Shown here: positions 9,316 to 16,992 of the stretch, piece by piece
How positions within the stretch are numbered: position 1 is the stretch's first letter
How the letters are laid out: each line of letters opens with the position of its first letter
Origin: a virus
IMG/VR virus record: IMGVR_UViG_3300047564_001181
Span: 31,187-95,186 of that record
Reading direction: 5' to 3' (one strand)
DNA: 64,000 nucleotides
Position numbers and translations under genes: made by a program
The notes under the pieces: generated by a model
What the model was told of the DNA's origin: nothing
The model's input: only the letters and a program-made list of their open reading frames with translations
Database searches by the model: none

Positions 9316-10223
9316 TATTCCTTCCTTAACCAAACTGTAGGCGTGTTATAACTAGCACCGCTAACCGAAGCGGTAGCAAAAGCACCACTTACGCCGCTCT
9401 GAGTCCAACCAATAGCCTGACCACCACCACCAGTATTTGTACCGTGGGCAGTCTGATAATAAGCAGTGATTGAAGTTCTGTAGTTATTTGTTGTAGCGTT
9501 TGTCTGAGATACAAAAGCAAGCCAATAAATACCAGCACTTAAAGTTTGACTGATAGTTATTTCATAAGCAGTGTTAGATGCAGATGTAGCAACAGTTCCA
9601 GCATCTAAAACAACAGTAGAAGGTTGCCCACCTGAGTCATCATAAATACCAAGTCTAACTACCCCACTACCAGAGAATGATGCACCAGTACGAGTAGCGA
9701 TGCGGTCAAAAGTAGTTGTTTCCGCCACTATTAGAGGTAGGAAATAAACCAAGTTCAGTGTTGCTGCAACGCTAGAGTTACTTCCAGGAGCAGTGTAATA
9801 GTAAGTGCTGACCATAGAAAGTGCAGGTGGGATACCATTAACTTCTGCTGTAGACCCATCTGAATCTATCCAAACATCTCCTGTTGATGGTGTAGATGGT
9901 TCTGTAGTTTGATATGAAATCTTATTTGTACCAACACCAGCAACTAATCCTGCTTCTGATGCTGTTTGATTAATCCAAGTAGATGTTCCATTATCATATG
10001 CTAAAACTTCATTGTCTGTAGTAGATGTTATTGTTACATCTGTGAGTCCATCTAGGGTGCTAGAGCCACCACCAGAACCAATAGTTGTCCAAGCACCATT
10101 AGCATAAACTCTTACAACATCATCAGTTGTGTTGTAATAAATATCACCCTCGTCAGCTGATGCTGGGTCAGATGATAAATTTAATAGATTAATTGGTACA
10201 TTAAACTTACGATTACTAGCCAT
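9315..10223 (-). CDS. tail fibre / virion structural protein
   Basis: 'EGDIYYNTT', 'LDGLTDVTIT', 'P.TGDVWID' fibre motifs; beta-rich C-terminal domain. Confidence 0.7.
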   Translation of the reverse strand: MASNRKFNVPINLLNLSSDPASADEGDIYYNTTDDVVRVYANGAWTTIGSGGGSSTLDGLTDVTITSTTDNEVLAYDNGTSTWINQTASEAGLVAGVGTNKISYQTTEPSTPSTGDVWIDSDGSTAEVNGIPPALSMVSTYYYTAPGSNSSVAATLNLVYFLPLIVAETTTFDRIATRTGASFSGSGVVRLGIYDDSGGQPSTVVLDAGTVATSASNTAYEITISQTLSAGIYWLAFVSQTNATTNNYRTSITAYYQTAHGTNTGGGGQAIGWTQSGVSGAFATASVSGASYNTPTVWLRKE

Positions 10224-10295
10224 TAATCTTCACTCCAATGACATTGACATAGACATAATTTAAAAGAATATGTTGAGTTACATAGCTCGTGCATA

Positions 10296-10502
10296 TCACT
10301 CTGACAGCTTAGGCTTTCCTCTTTTTGGAATGATTTTTCCTTGCCAGAGTTTTGATGACTTGTCTGCTTCTGAGGCATAAAGTGCTTGCTGATGGTTGAG
10401 GGCAGAGCCACGAGTACTGTGACACCCAACCACTTCACCATTTTCTTTAACAACAGCATATCCTTTGCACCCACCATAGTTTCTTCTTATGTCCCAAGGC
10501 AT
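10296..10502 (-). CDS. small hypothetical protein, candidate head-associated protein
   Basis: MPW.I......C.GYAVVK..G.VVGCH.T...A..H..ALY; -10-like TAAAAT 6 nt upstream of the ATG. Confidence 0.7.
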   Translation of the reverse strand: MPWDIRRNYGGCKGYAVVKENGEVVGCHSTRGSALNHQQALYASEADKSSKLWQGKIIPKRGKPKLSE

Positions 10503-10514
10503 AATCTTATTTTA

Positions 10515-10799
10515 TCACAAGTCGAGGTCTTTTGCGAGAGCATATTTAGGCTTAGCACCTACGATTTGCTTCAAAACTTGACCATTTTCAACGACCATGA
10601 TTACAGGGATTGAAGAAATACCAAATTCTGTGGCTAGGTCTTGTTGTTCATCCACATTAATCTTAATTAATTCTATATTTGATTCGTCTGCAAGCTCTTG
10701 TAGAACTGGACCTACCATTTTGCATGGTCCACACCACTCAGCCCAGAAATCAACAATTGCTTTACCTTTAATTCCATCAAGGAATTCTTGCTTACTCAT
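10515..10799 (-). CDS. trxA: thioredoxin
   Basis: 'VDFWAEWCGPCK' active site and 'SIP'; GGAGGA RBS before MSKQ. Confidence 0.95.
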   Translation of the reverse strand: MSKQEFLDGIKGKAIVDFWAEWCGPCKMVGPVLQELADESNIELIKINVDEQQDLATEFGISSIPVIMVVENGQVLKQIVGAKPKYALAKDLDL

Positions 10800-10817
10800 A
10801 CTTCCTCCAAGTTTAGT

Positions 10818-10962
10818 GAAAGGGTAGACTAGCAAAATATCCAACTGCACACAATAGCGTAACGGAATTCAGCCTTTTACGCTGTCGCTTATGTCCATAG
10901 ACTCTAGCGAATGTCGGGATATCGGATTGTAACTACACCATCCTAAGATTGTCTACCCTTTC
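10818..10962 (-). ncRNA. putative structured non-coding RNA (unknown family)
   Basis: 12-bp perfect terminal stem GAAAGGGTAGAC/GTCTACCCTTTC plus several internal stems; begins 1 nt after tRNA-Asn. Confidence 0.6.
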
Positions 10963-10963
10963 G

Positions 10964-11035
10964 CTGGAATGATAGGATTCGAACCTATAGCCCGCCGATT
11001 AACAGTCGGCTGCTCTGCCATTGAGCTACACTCCA
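10964..11035 (-). tRNA. tRNA-Asn (GTT)
   Basis: Cloverleaf TGGAGTG/CATTCCA; anticodon arm GCCGA-CTGTTAA-TCGGC; T-loop TTCGAAT; CCA not encoded. Confidence 0.95.
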
Positions 11036-11040
11036 AAAGT

Positions 11041-11202
11041 GGATAGGTGGATTGCTTTTTACCACCACGGATAAGCCAGCAATACATCTAAGTACCGCTT
11101 TCATCCGACCAGACCTTTGTTCCGCTAAGAACAGAGACGCTAATCTCAGACCTGTGCTTTACTCTCCCCTTGCTGGCAAAGAGATTCGTTCAGCCATATC
11201 CC
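11041..11202 (-). ncRNA. structured RNA resembling a minimal GOLLD 3' domain
   Basis: Terminal GGATA/TATCC stem, GCCAGCAA/TTGCTGGC stem, twin UUAGCG-loop hairpins; motifs AUAUGGCUGAA, GCGGUACUUAG and GGUGG...AAUCCACC recalled from GOLLD RNA; flanked by tRNAs. Confidence 0.6.
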
Positions 11203-11227
11203 AAATTCTTCGTCAAGAATTTGTTTG

Positions 11228-11299
11228 AGCCTTCTATCCGATTTGAACGGATGACCCTCGCATTACAAGTGCGATGCTCTACCACTGAGCTAAGAAGGC
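11228..11299 (-). tRNA. tRNA-Thr (TGT)
   Basis: GCCTTCT/AGAAGGC acceptor; TCGCA-CTTGTAA-TGCGA; TTCAAAT T-loop. Confidence 0.95.
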
Positions 11300-11314
11300 G
11301 AACTCCATAAAGCA

Positions 11315-11343
11315 AATATACCCTATGGAGAACGATTTGTCAA
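11315..11343 (-). promoter_or_regulatory. sigma70-type promoter for tRNA-Thr/ncRNA/tRNA-Asn/ncRNA/trxA unit
   Basis: TTGACA-N17-TATATT. Confidence 0.75.
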
Positions 11344-11346
11344 GAG

Positions 11347-12141
11347 TTACTTGACTTTATTTGCAAGTTTTTTAAACTCTGCGAATGTCTTTGGACCAAC
11401 TACAGCATCAGCAGTTCCAAACTTTGGATTTGCTTTTTGCCAAGCAACTACTGCTTTTCTAGTTACAGGACCATACTGACCATCTACTGCTTTACCAGTA
11501 AATCCAAGAGCCTTCTGAATAACCTTAATGTATTCTCCAACCTCGCCTGGCTGAATTGGGTCATTTGGATATGCTGCTGGGTCATGTGGCTTTTCAGCCT
11601 TTGGCTTAATTGCCTTTACTGGACCTGGGAACTTAGGACGACCAAAGCCAACAATGCTGACCTGAACGCCCTTCTTGTTCTTTTTGTATCCACGAATCTT
11701 CTTTAGAACCATACCACCATTTCTTTGGTCTCCAGTAACACCAGCAGTGTTACCTTCAACAGTAGTTACGGTTCCATCGCCATTGTCTTTAATAACAATA
11801 CCGACATGAGAAATCCTCTCAACGCCATCTCCAGGAAAATTGAAATAAGCGACATCTCCTGGTTGTGGCTTTGCATCATCTGCATCAGACCATGCTTTTG
11901 CCTTTTCAAATGCTGCTGCACCGTTAGGAGTATAGATTGTTGCTTTATCTCCAGGAAGTTTAAATCCTGCCTGATTTGCACACCAAATTACGAATGAACC
12001 ACACCATGCAACAAAGTTAGCACCAGTGAATGCACCGTATTTAGTTTGATTATCTTTTGGACCTTCAACAACGCCGACTTCTTTGAGAGCAACCTCAACA
12101 AATTTTTCGGCAGTGCCAAGTTCCGCTGGTTTCTTAGCCAT
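11347..12141 (-). CDS. endolysin (CHAP domain + peptidoglycan-binding domain)
   Basis: 'WCGSFV', 'HVGIV', 'TVEGNT' CHAP residues; C-terminal 'IQKALG...DGQYGPVT..AV..WQ...D.VVGPKT' PG-binding repeat. Start set at MAKK after GAGG. Confidence 0.9.
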   Translation of the reverse strand: MAKKPAELGTAEKFVEVALKEVGVVEGPKDNQTKYGAFTGANFVAWCGSFVIWCANQAGFKLPGDKATIYTPNGAAAFEKAKAWSDADDAKPQPGDVAYFNFPGDGVERISHVGIVIKDNGDGTVTTVEGNTAGVTGDQRNGGMVLKKIRGYKKNKKGVQVSIVGFGRPKFPGPVKAIKPKAEKPHDPAAYPNDPIQPGEVGEYIKVIQKALGFTGKAVDGQYGPVTRKAVVAWQKANPKFGTADAVVGPKTFAEFKKLANKVK

Positions 12142-12186
12142 ATATTTTTTACCTCTTCTAATTAGATTTGATAGCTTGGCTATCAG

Positions 12187-12259
12187 CACCCTATACGAGA
12201 TTCGAACTCGTGGTCTCTTCCGTGAGAGGGAAGCGTCCTTACCGCTAGACCAATAGGGC
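12187..12259 (-). tRNA. tRNA-Glu (CTC)
   Basis: GCCCTAT/ATAGGGT acceptor; CTTCC-CTCTCAC-GGAAG; TTCGAAT T-loop. Confidence 0.93.
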
Positions 12260-12283
12260 TTGGATATAGATTATATCATTTAG

Positions 12284-12541
12284 TGGAGCATATGGGAATT
12301 GAACCCATGTCCAAATAGTTTCTGTCTAAACGGAATTACAGCAATTTGTTTTTATTACGGTTTGTTTTTTCTTTTTGTTTTGCAACTTTCTGTTCCCAAG
12401 GAGTTGCCCCTCGGCACTGCTATGCAGCTAGTGCGAGAGCGTTTTGTGTTACGCCGTTTATTATTTTGTGTCGTTTTAGAAGTCTACACAACTTCTGCTG
12501 CCGTGTTAGATTTCGGCTATCTGTCGAAACCTGTATGCCCC
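12284..12541 (-). ncRNA. ssrA: tmRNA, short form (258 nt)
   Basis: 5' GGGGCAT..GGTTTCGAC and 3' GGACATGGGTTCAATTCCCATATGCTCCA (Ala-type G3:U acceptor); tag ORF GVTQNALALAA* at 12455-12420 after AATAAAC. Confidence 0.93.
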
Positions 12542-12542
12542 G

Positions 12543-12614
12543 CACCCCTGGCAGGATTCGAACCTGCGACCAATAGCTTAGAAGGCTACTGCTCTTCCAC
12601 TGAGCTACAGAGGT
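12543..12614 (-). tRNA. tRNA-Arg (TCT)
   Basis: ACCTCTG/CAGGGGT acceptor; GTAGC-CTTCTAA-GCTAT; TTCGAAT T-loop. Confidence 0.95.
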
Positions 12615-12620
12615 ATTCTA

Positions 12621-12854
12621 TTAATTCGATGCTGGGGAAGGCTTTGAATTAATAAACTCTCTATCGTCAATGATTTCAAATGCATATTCACGAATCTTTG
12701 CTTCGTGTTTGCTAAAGTGATGACCACAAAAATATAGGTCTCCAGTAATTCCATTTACCCATACAAATGCTTCAGCACTGCATGAGTCGCATCTGTCAGA
12801 TGTTTTGGTCTGTCTCTGCTTAACTTCTTCTGTTTCTACTATTTCTGTTGTCAT
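12621..12854 (-). CDS. small Zn-finger protein of a type seen in actinobacteria
   Basis: 'DRCDSC...LYFCGHH..KHE' motif. Confidence 0.7.
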   Translation of the reverse strand: MTTEIVETEEVKQRQTKTSDRCDSCSAEAFVWVNGITGDLYFCGHHFSKHEAKIREYAFEIIDDREFINSKPSPASN

Positions 12855-12860
12855 AGGATA

Positions 12861-12890
12861 ATTATACCCTGTTTACCAGCATATTGTCAA
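12861..12890 (-). promoter_or_regulatory. sigma70-type promoter (leaderless) driving the Zn-finger gene, tRNA-Arg and tmRNA
   Basis: TTGACA-N18-TATAAT, 6 nt upstream of the ATG at 12854. Confidence 0.85.
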
Positions 12891-12894
12891 GAGA

Positions 12895-13575
12895 TTAAAG
12901 AAATTTTTTAAGGTCAAATGGGGAATTGTCCCATTTCTTCATATTTTGAATTTGCTTCCATTTCTTAGTCGACCAAGAAAATCCTGCATCTCCACCCCAT
13001 AAATCCCATGCAACACGACCAGGACTTGGGAAGCCATTTTCTCCAGAGTTAAATCCTTCTGCTTGTTTGTCAACTTCATGACGAGAAAAGAATGAATACA
13101 TTCTTGCAACTGTTGAAGGTGAAAGATTTGTTCCATTTACAATTTGATTAGCACGAGCCAAACCAACTCTAGTTCCTCCACGCTTACCTTCAGACTTCCA
13201 CTGCAAAGCTCTACGGGCTGCAGATTTCATTCCATCTGTTGGTCTTAAATCAATGTCTGCTTTATAAACATTGTCAATCATGTCGTCATCCATATCATCT
13301 TCGTTATCCATAGAGTGACCTTCAAGTGTGTCTAGTCTTTCTGCATCATTATGCATCATACCAATGCTATATGGTGTTGGTAGCCACTGACCGTTTTCCT
13401 CTTCATAGATTCTTACAGACATTGCTGGGTTATCTGGTGGCATAGACTCTAATGCGTACTGGTCTCCTGGAGTTCCAAGAGTTCCACCCTCAATCATAAT
13501 ATGCTCTACACGACCATGAACAATACCAGCAGCAGTTCTGCCCATAACATAGTCGCCTTCTTTAATGTGTGCCAT
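12895..13575 (-). CDS. two-domain phage protein (HVA1-like N-domain + conserved helical domain)
   Basis: N-domain aligns by eye with the insert in the prohead protease; C-domain 'RMYSFFSRHEVDK...GRVAWDLWGGDAG.SW' is recurrent in phage head-associated proteins. Confidence 0.65.
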   Translation of the reverse strand: MAHIKEGDYVMGRTAAGIVHGRVEHIMIEGGTLGTPGDQYALESMPPDNPAMSVRIYEEENGQWLPTPYSIGMMHNDAERLDTLEGHSMDNEDDMDDDMIDNVYKADIDLRPTDGMKSAARRALQWKSEGKRGGTRVGLARANQIVNGTNLSPSTVARMYSFFSRHEVDKQAEGFNSGENGFPSPGRVAWDLWGGDAGFSWSTKKWKQIQNMKKWDNSPFDLKKFL

Positions 13576-13578
13576 ATC

Positions 13579-13944
13579 CTAATTATATCCTTCTTTTGCC
13601 TGTAATTCATTGAACACCTGAATAAACAGAATAAACTCATCTTCCTCAAGCTCTTTTTTGGCTAATTCATGGTTCATACTCTTTTCATTTAGGGCTATAT
13701 TCCAGTCTCCATCTACATTGACAGGGTTCATTTCAATAAATCCCTTGTTCCAAATAGTGAATAAAATATCGTTTGTGATAGACTCGTGAACCTCTATGAA
13801 CTCTGGCATATCCATAAGCTCCTGTGAAAACTTATACAAAGGCTCTCCGTCTTCTGATATCCCCACAATAGTCAAATATCCCTCTTCTAGCATTACCCTT
13901 AAAATTTCTGTAATGTCTTCTGGGGTAATTTCTTCCTCATCCAT
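13579..13944 (-). CDS. hypothetical acidic protein
   Basis: 121-aa ORF with GGAGAAG RBS. Confidence 0.75.
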   Translation of the reverse strand: MDEEEITPEDITEILRVMLEEGYLTIVGISEDGEPLYKFSQELMDMPEFIEVHESITNDILFTIWNKGFIEMNPVNVDGDWNIALNEKSMNHELAKKELEEDEFILFIQVFNELQAKEGYN

Positions 13945-13951
13945 ACTTCTC

Positions 13952-15736
13952 CTAAATCATTCCAATATTAATTAAATAATCTTTCATGTTATCTGGCATA
14001 GTTCTTTTAGGTGCATAAATAACATTATTTTCTTCTTGCTCTAACCTATCTTGTCTACCAAGAGAAGCGTAGGTATGAATTTCAATCTCTCTCAACCCCG
14101 TGTTCTTGGGAGTTCCAGAGATTGCATTATATATAGAACCACACACAGCATCTGAAAGGTCTTTAGAACCTTTGCGTGGATGGTCTACTTTATCTCTAAG
14201 TATACGCAATTGTACCAATTCTTCTTTAAGTAAGTCAATAGAAGGACCGATAATTCTTTCTTCTGATACCAACATTTTCATATCTTCATAGTGCTTTTTA
14301 GCAACGGAAAGGGTCTCAGTATTGATTCCATATGCTCTAAGTTCATTCATAATATCAAATGAATTCCATCGGTCAAAGGTTACTTTCTTTAACTTGAATC
14401 CACGATTTCTTAGTTCAAGGACATAGTTTTTAACATCTGTAAAGTTAACTGCTTTATCTGCTGTTGGTGTCCACCATCTAACAGCATCAACTACAACAAC
14501 TGGAACTACAATATCTACATCGTTAATTGTATGTGTCTTTACCCATTTCTCAACATGTGCAAGAGATACCGCACAGTGGTCGTGTTTTTGTGCAAGGTCA
14601 ACATGTACAAAATAAACCTTATCTTCATCTGGGGTAAACCATTCTGCAAACTGCCCTTTGTCATCTACCGCAAATTGATTTTGATTGAAGCAAATATCAA
14701 TCTTTTCCCTTGAAGGGAAGAATGCATCTACTGCATCTGGTGGCATACAGGCAAAGCGAGATAAAGCGTCTGTAGGGTTTGTTAAAAACTGAATCTTAAA
14801 GTCTGTAATCTTACGAGTAGGGTTAACCTCCCATGTAGGTCTACGCAAAGCAAATACTTTTGGAACCTTGTAAGAAGTAATGTGGTCTTCTTCCCAGTGG
14901 ATACTAAACCTATTCATTTCATCAAAGACATCTCCGTCTTCATCTATTACAAACTCATGCTCTCTAACTACAACATCTTTATCTGCAACAACGGCATTGT
15001 ATCTTTGCTGAATATAGTCATTCTTATATCGGGGAAATGAAAGAAGAATTAGCTTACCAAAGTCTGGGAAACGAGAGTCTACAGATGCACGATACATATC
15101 ATAGATTGCACCTGCTGTTTTAGCTTGGTCATGCCCTGATGTACTGTCAATGGCAAAGCCAGAAATCTCATCGAGAATTACGCAGATAACATTGTAACCT
15201 TCAAATGCTTCTCTTTCTGAGTGACCAGAATAGCAATTTACATACTTGTCAAACTCAATAACATTTTGTTTTGGATTGTATTTTCCAGCAAACCATGGAC
15301 AGTTATCAATACGCTTTTTAAAGTTATCGAAGAATACCCGCTTTGCTTGGTCAGCGTTGATAGCGATGTTGATGATATCAATTGAGTCTCCTGGTGGCTT
15401 TCCAAAGTATTTTGCAGGGTCTTTTAGGCACAGTAATAAATACACAATATAAGCAACAGCAATTGTTGACATATAGTCCTTACCAGAACCCTTGCCTAAT
15501 TGAAGAATTACCTCGTTCATCGTCTGTTTCCAGCGTTTTAATCCAGCTTCTTCTCCATAAAGATGGATTAATGTTTCTTTTTTATAAATCTGAGACATAG
15601 CACGAATAGCCGTATATTGATGTTCTGATAGTGGTGGTAGTCCAAGGTATTCTTTACTGGTTACAAACTCTTCAATAGTTACTGGTCTCTCTTCAAAATC
15701 CTCGCCACCGAGCATATCCAGAATGTCATCAAACAT
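13952..15736 (-). CDS. terminase large subunit
   Basis: Walker A-like 'LGKGSGKD', Walker B 'VILDE', nuclease 'HVDLA..HD' and 'DHP..GSKD..DA'. Confidence 0.92.
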   Translation of the reverse strand: MFDDILDMLGGEDFEERPVTIEEFVTSKEYLGLPPLSEHQYTAIRAMSQIYKKETLIHLYGEEAGLKRWKQTMNEVILQLGKGSGKDYMSTIAVAYIVYLLLCLKDPAKYFGKPPGDSIDIINIAINADQAKRVFFDNFKKRIDNCPWFAGKYNPKQNVIEFDKYVNCYSGHSEREAFEGYNVICVILDEISGFAIDSTSGHDQAKTAGAIYDMYRASVDSRFPDFGKLILLSFPRYKNDYIQQRYNAVVADKDVVVREHEFVIDEDGDVFDEMNRFSIHWEEDHITSYKVPKVFALRRPTWEVNPTRKITDFKIQFLTNPTDALSRFACMPPDAVDAFFPSREKIDICFNQNQFAVDDKGQFAEWFTPDEDKVYFVHVDLAQKHDHCAVSLAHVEKWVKTHTINDVDIVVPVVVVDAVRWWTPTADKAVNFTDVKNYVLELRNRGFKLKKVTFDRWNSFDIMNELRAYGINTETLSVAKKHYEDMKMLVSEERIIGPSIDLLKEELVQLRILRDKVDHPRKGSKDLSDAVCGSIYNAISGTPKNTGLREIEIHTYASLGRQDRLEQEENNVIYAPKRTMPDNMKDYLINIGMI

Positions 15737-16251
15737 TAGAATGCCTCTGCTTTATCTGTCACTTCACTAAGTCTAGCCATAACCTTTGGCTTACAATGCT
15801 CACACTGAGATACAACATCCCTAATAATTGACGCAAGAATCTGTTGCTTTTCTTCTGTAGCAATAATCTTTTCAGCCATCTCATTATTCTCAAGGACACC
15901 AGCCTTTTGAAGCATATCAATTTGTTTTTGCTGAATATCTGCAACAAGTTTAACCGCAGCAGTTCTTTGTGCAAGATTAGATGTATTTGTTGCCTCTTCG
16001 ATGATATCCCATGCCTCTTTAATTAGCATAGAATAGTGTTGGTCTGCTGCACCTAAAGCTTCTCGTGCTCGCATCTGAACTTGTCTGTCAGACTGAACGA
16101 CTCCACGCCACTCATTTAGATACTCAATCACATCTTTACGAGTAAAGCCTGTTATCTTTGCAATCTTTGTAGGGTCAGTATTGCCTTTTAAAAATTCATT
16201 TACGACAATATTAATTCTTGCCCAGTGGTCTGCTAATTCTAAATCAGACAT
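15736..16251 (-). CDS. probable terminase small subunit
   Basis: N-terminal HTH-like segment, helical oligomerisation region, TAATG-coupled to the large subunit. Confidence 0.6.
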   Translation of the reverse strand: MSDLELADHWARINIVVNEFLKGNTDPTKIAKITGFTRKDVIEYLNEWRGVVQSDRQVQMRAREALGAADQHYSMLIKEAWDIIEEATNTSNLAQRTAAVKLVADIQQKQIDMLQKAGVLENNEMAEKIIATEEKQQILASIIRDVVSQCEHCKPKVMARLSEVTDKAEAF

Positions 16252-16522
16252 TCTTTTTCACATACTTTCTCTTTGGTTTTACAAGACACTTAAGTCTATC
16301 GATATAAAATGCCCGATATCCAGAGCGACTATAGCAATCAACCCACATAACATCTTTTTCTTTATGATGAACTACACGCTGGAAAATAAATTCCCCATGT
16401 TCACTTTTAATCTTAATCTTCATTCCTGGCTTAATTAAATCTTTTCCATGTTGATACTCATAAGATATTTCCCAGTTTGGATTAACATAAGGTTCTTTAG
16501 TGAACTTTTTCCTTCTAGACAT
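16244..16522 (-). CDS. hypothetical protein
   Basis: 92-aa basic ORF within the operon. Confidence 0.7.
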   Translation of the reverse strand: MSRRKKFTKEPYVNPNWEISYEYQHGKDLIKPGMKIKIKSEHGEFIFQRVVHHKEKDVMWVDCYSRSGYRAFYIDRLKCLVKPKRKYVKKNV

Positions 16523-16698
16523 TATCCACCCGTACTATAAAATCCAGACCCCTTGAACTGAATTTGTGGAGCAGCAAAAGACCTGCTCATGGTATATCCA
16601 CATTTTTCACAAATGACAACATCGTCTCTTTCTTCTACAGTTCTCGATAAGTCTCTAGATAAATCACATTCTATACATGTATACTGGTAAGTAGGCAT
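16522..16698 (-). CDS. FmdB-family zinc-ribbon protein
   Basis: Manual ORF MPTYQYTCIEC...CEKCG..M.R......FKGSGFYST, classic FmdB pattern; below the ORF-track cutoff. Confidence 0.88.
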   Translation of the reverse strand: MPTYQYTCIECDLSRDLSRTVEERDDVVICEKCGYTMSRSFAAPQIQFKGSGFYSTGG

Positions 16699-16710
16699 AA
16701 GATTATTATA

Positions 16711-16992
16711 TCAGTAGTTCCCTTCAAGACGCTTAATTTCGTCCTGAATGTAGAAGATAGCCTTTTTTAAGTCTTCAATATGTTTTTCTTCATTTTTTAG
16801 ACCAGCTCTCCAAAGATATTTGATTGCATTTCCAATGTTGTAGTTTCGATGCCTCACAACTTGGATACATTCAATGCCACTTGGGTCACTTGTATAGTGC
16901 TGCGGATGGTTTACCATGTCTGACACATACACTTCTGTGTATCTTTCTGGCTCAGCACCCTTCTGTGAATACCAATTTTTATATTCTTCCAT
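16711..16992 (-). CDS. DUF3310-family protein
   Basis: 'VNHPQHY....IECI......GNAIKYLWRAGLK....EDLKKA.FY'. Confidence 0.88.
   Translation of the reverse strand: MEEYKNWYSQKGAEPERYTEVYVSDMVNHPQHYTSDPSGIECIQVVRHRNYNIGNAIKYLWRAGLKNEEKHIEDLKKAIFYIQDEIKRLEGNY

Noticed and set aside
10223-10477. Alternative-frame 84-aa ORF overlapping 10296..10502
   Set aside because: The overlapping 68-aa ORF has a -10 box and a more protein-like sequence. A short Cys-rich peptide in 10223-10296 cannot be excluded but is unsupported.
11041-11202. RNase P RNA interpretation of the structured RNA
   Set aside because: Has a GGCUUA segment but lacks the GAGGAAAGUCC conserved region needed for P4.
12299-12652. Plus-strand ORFs 12299..12652 and 12346..12576
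   Set aside because: Antisense to tmRNA and tRNA-Arg.
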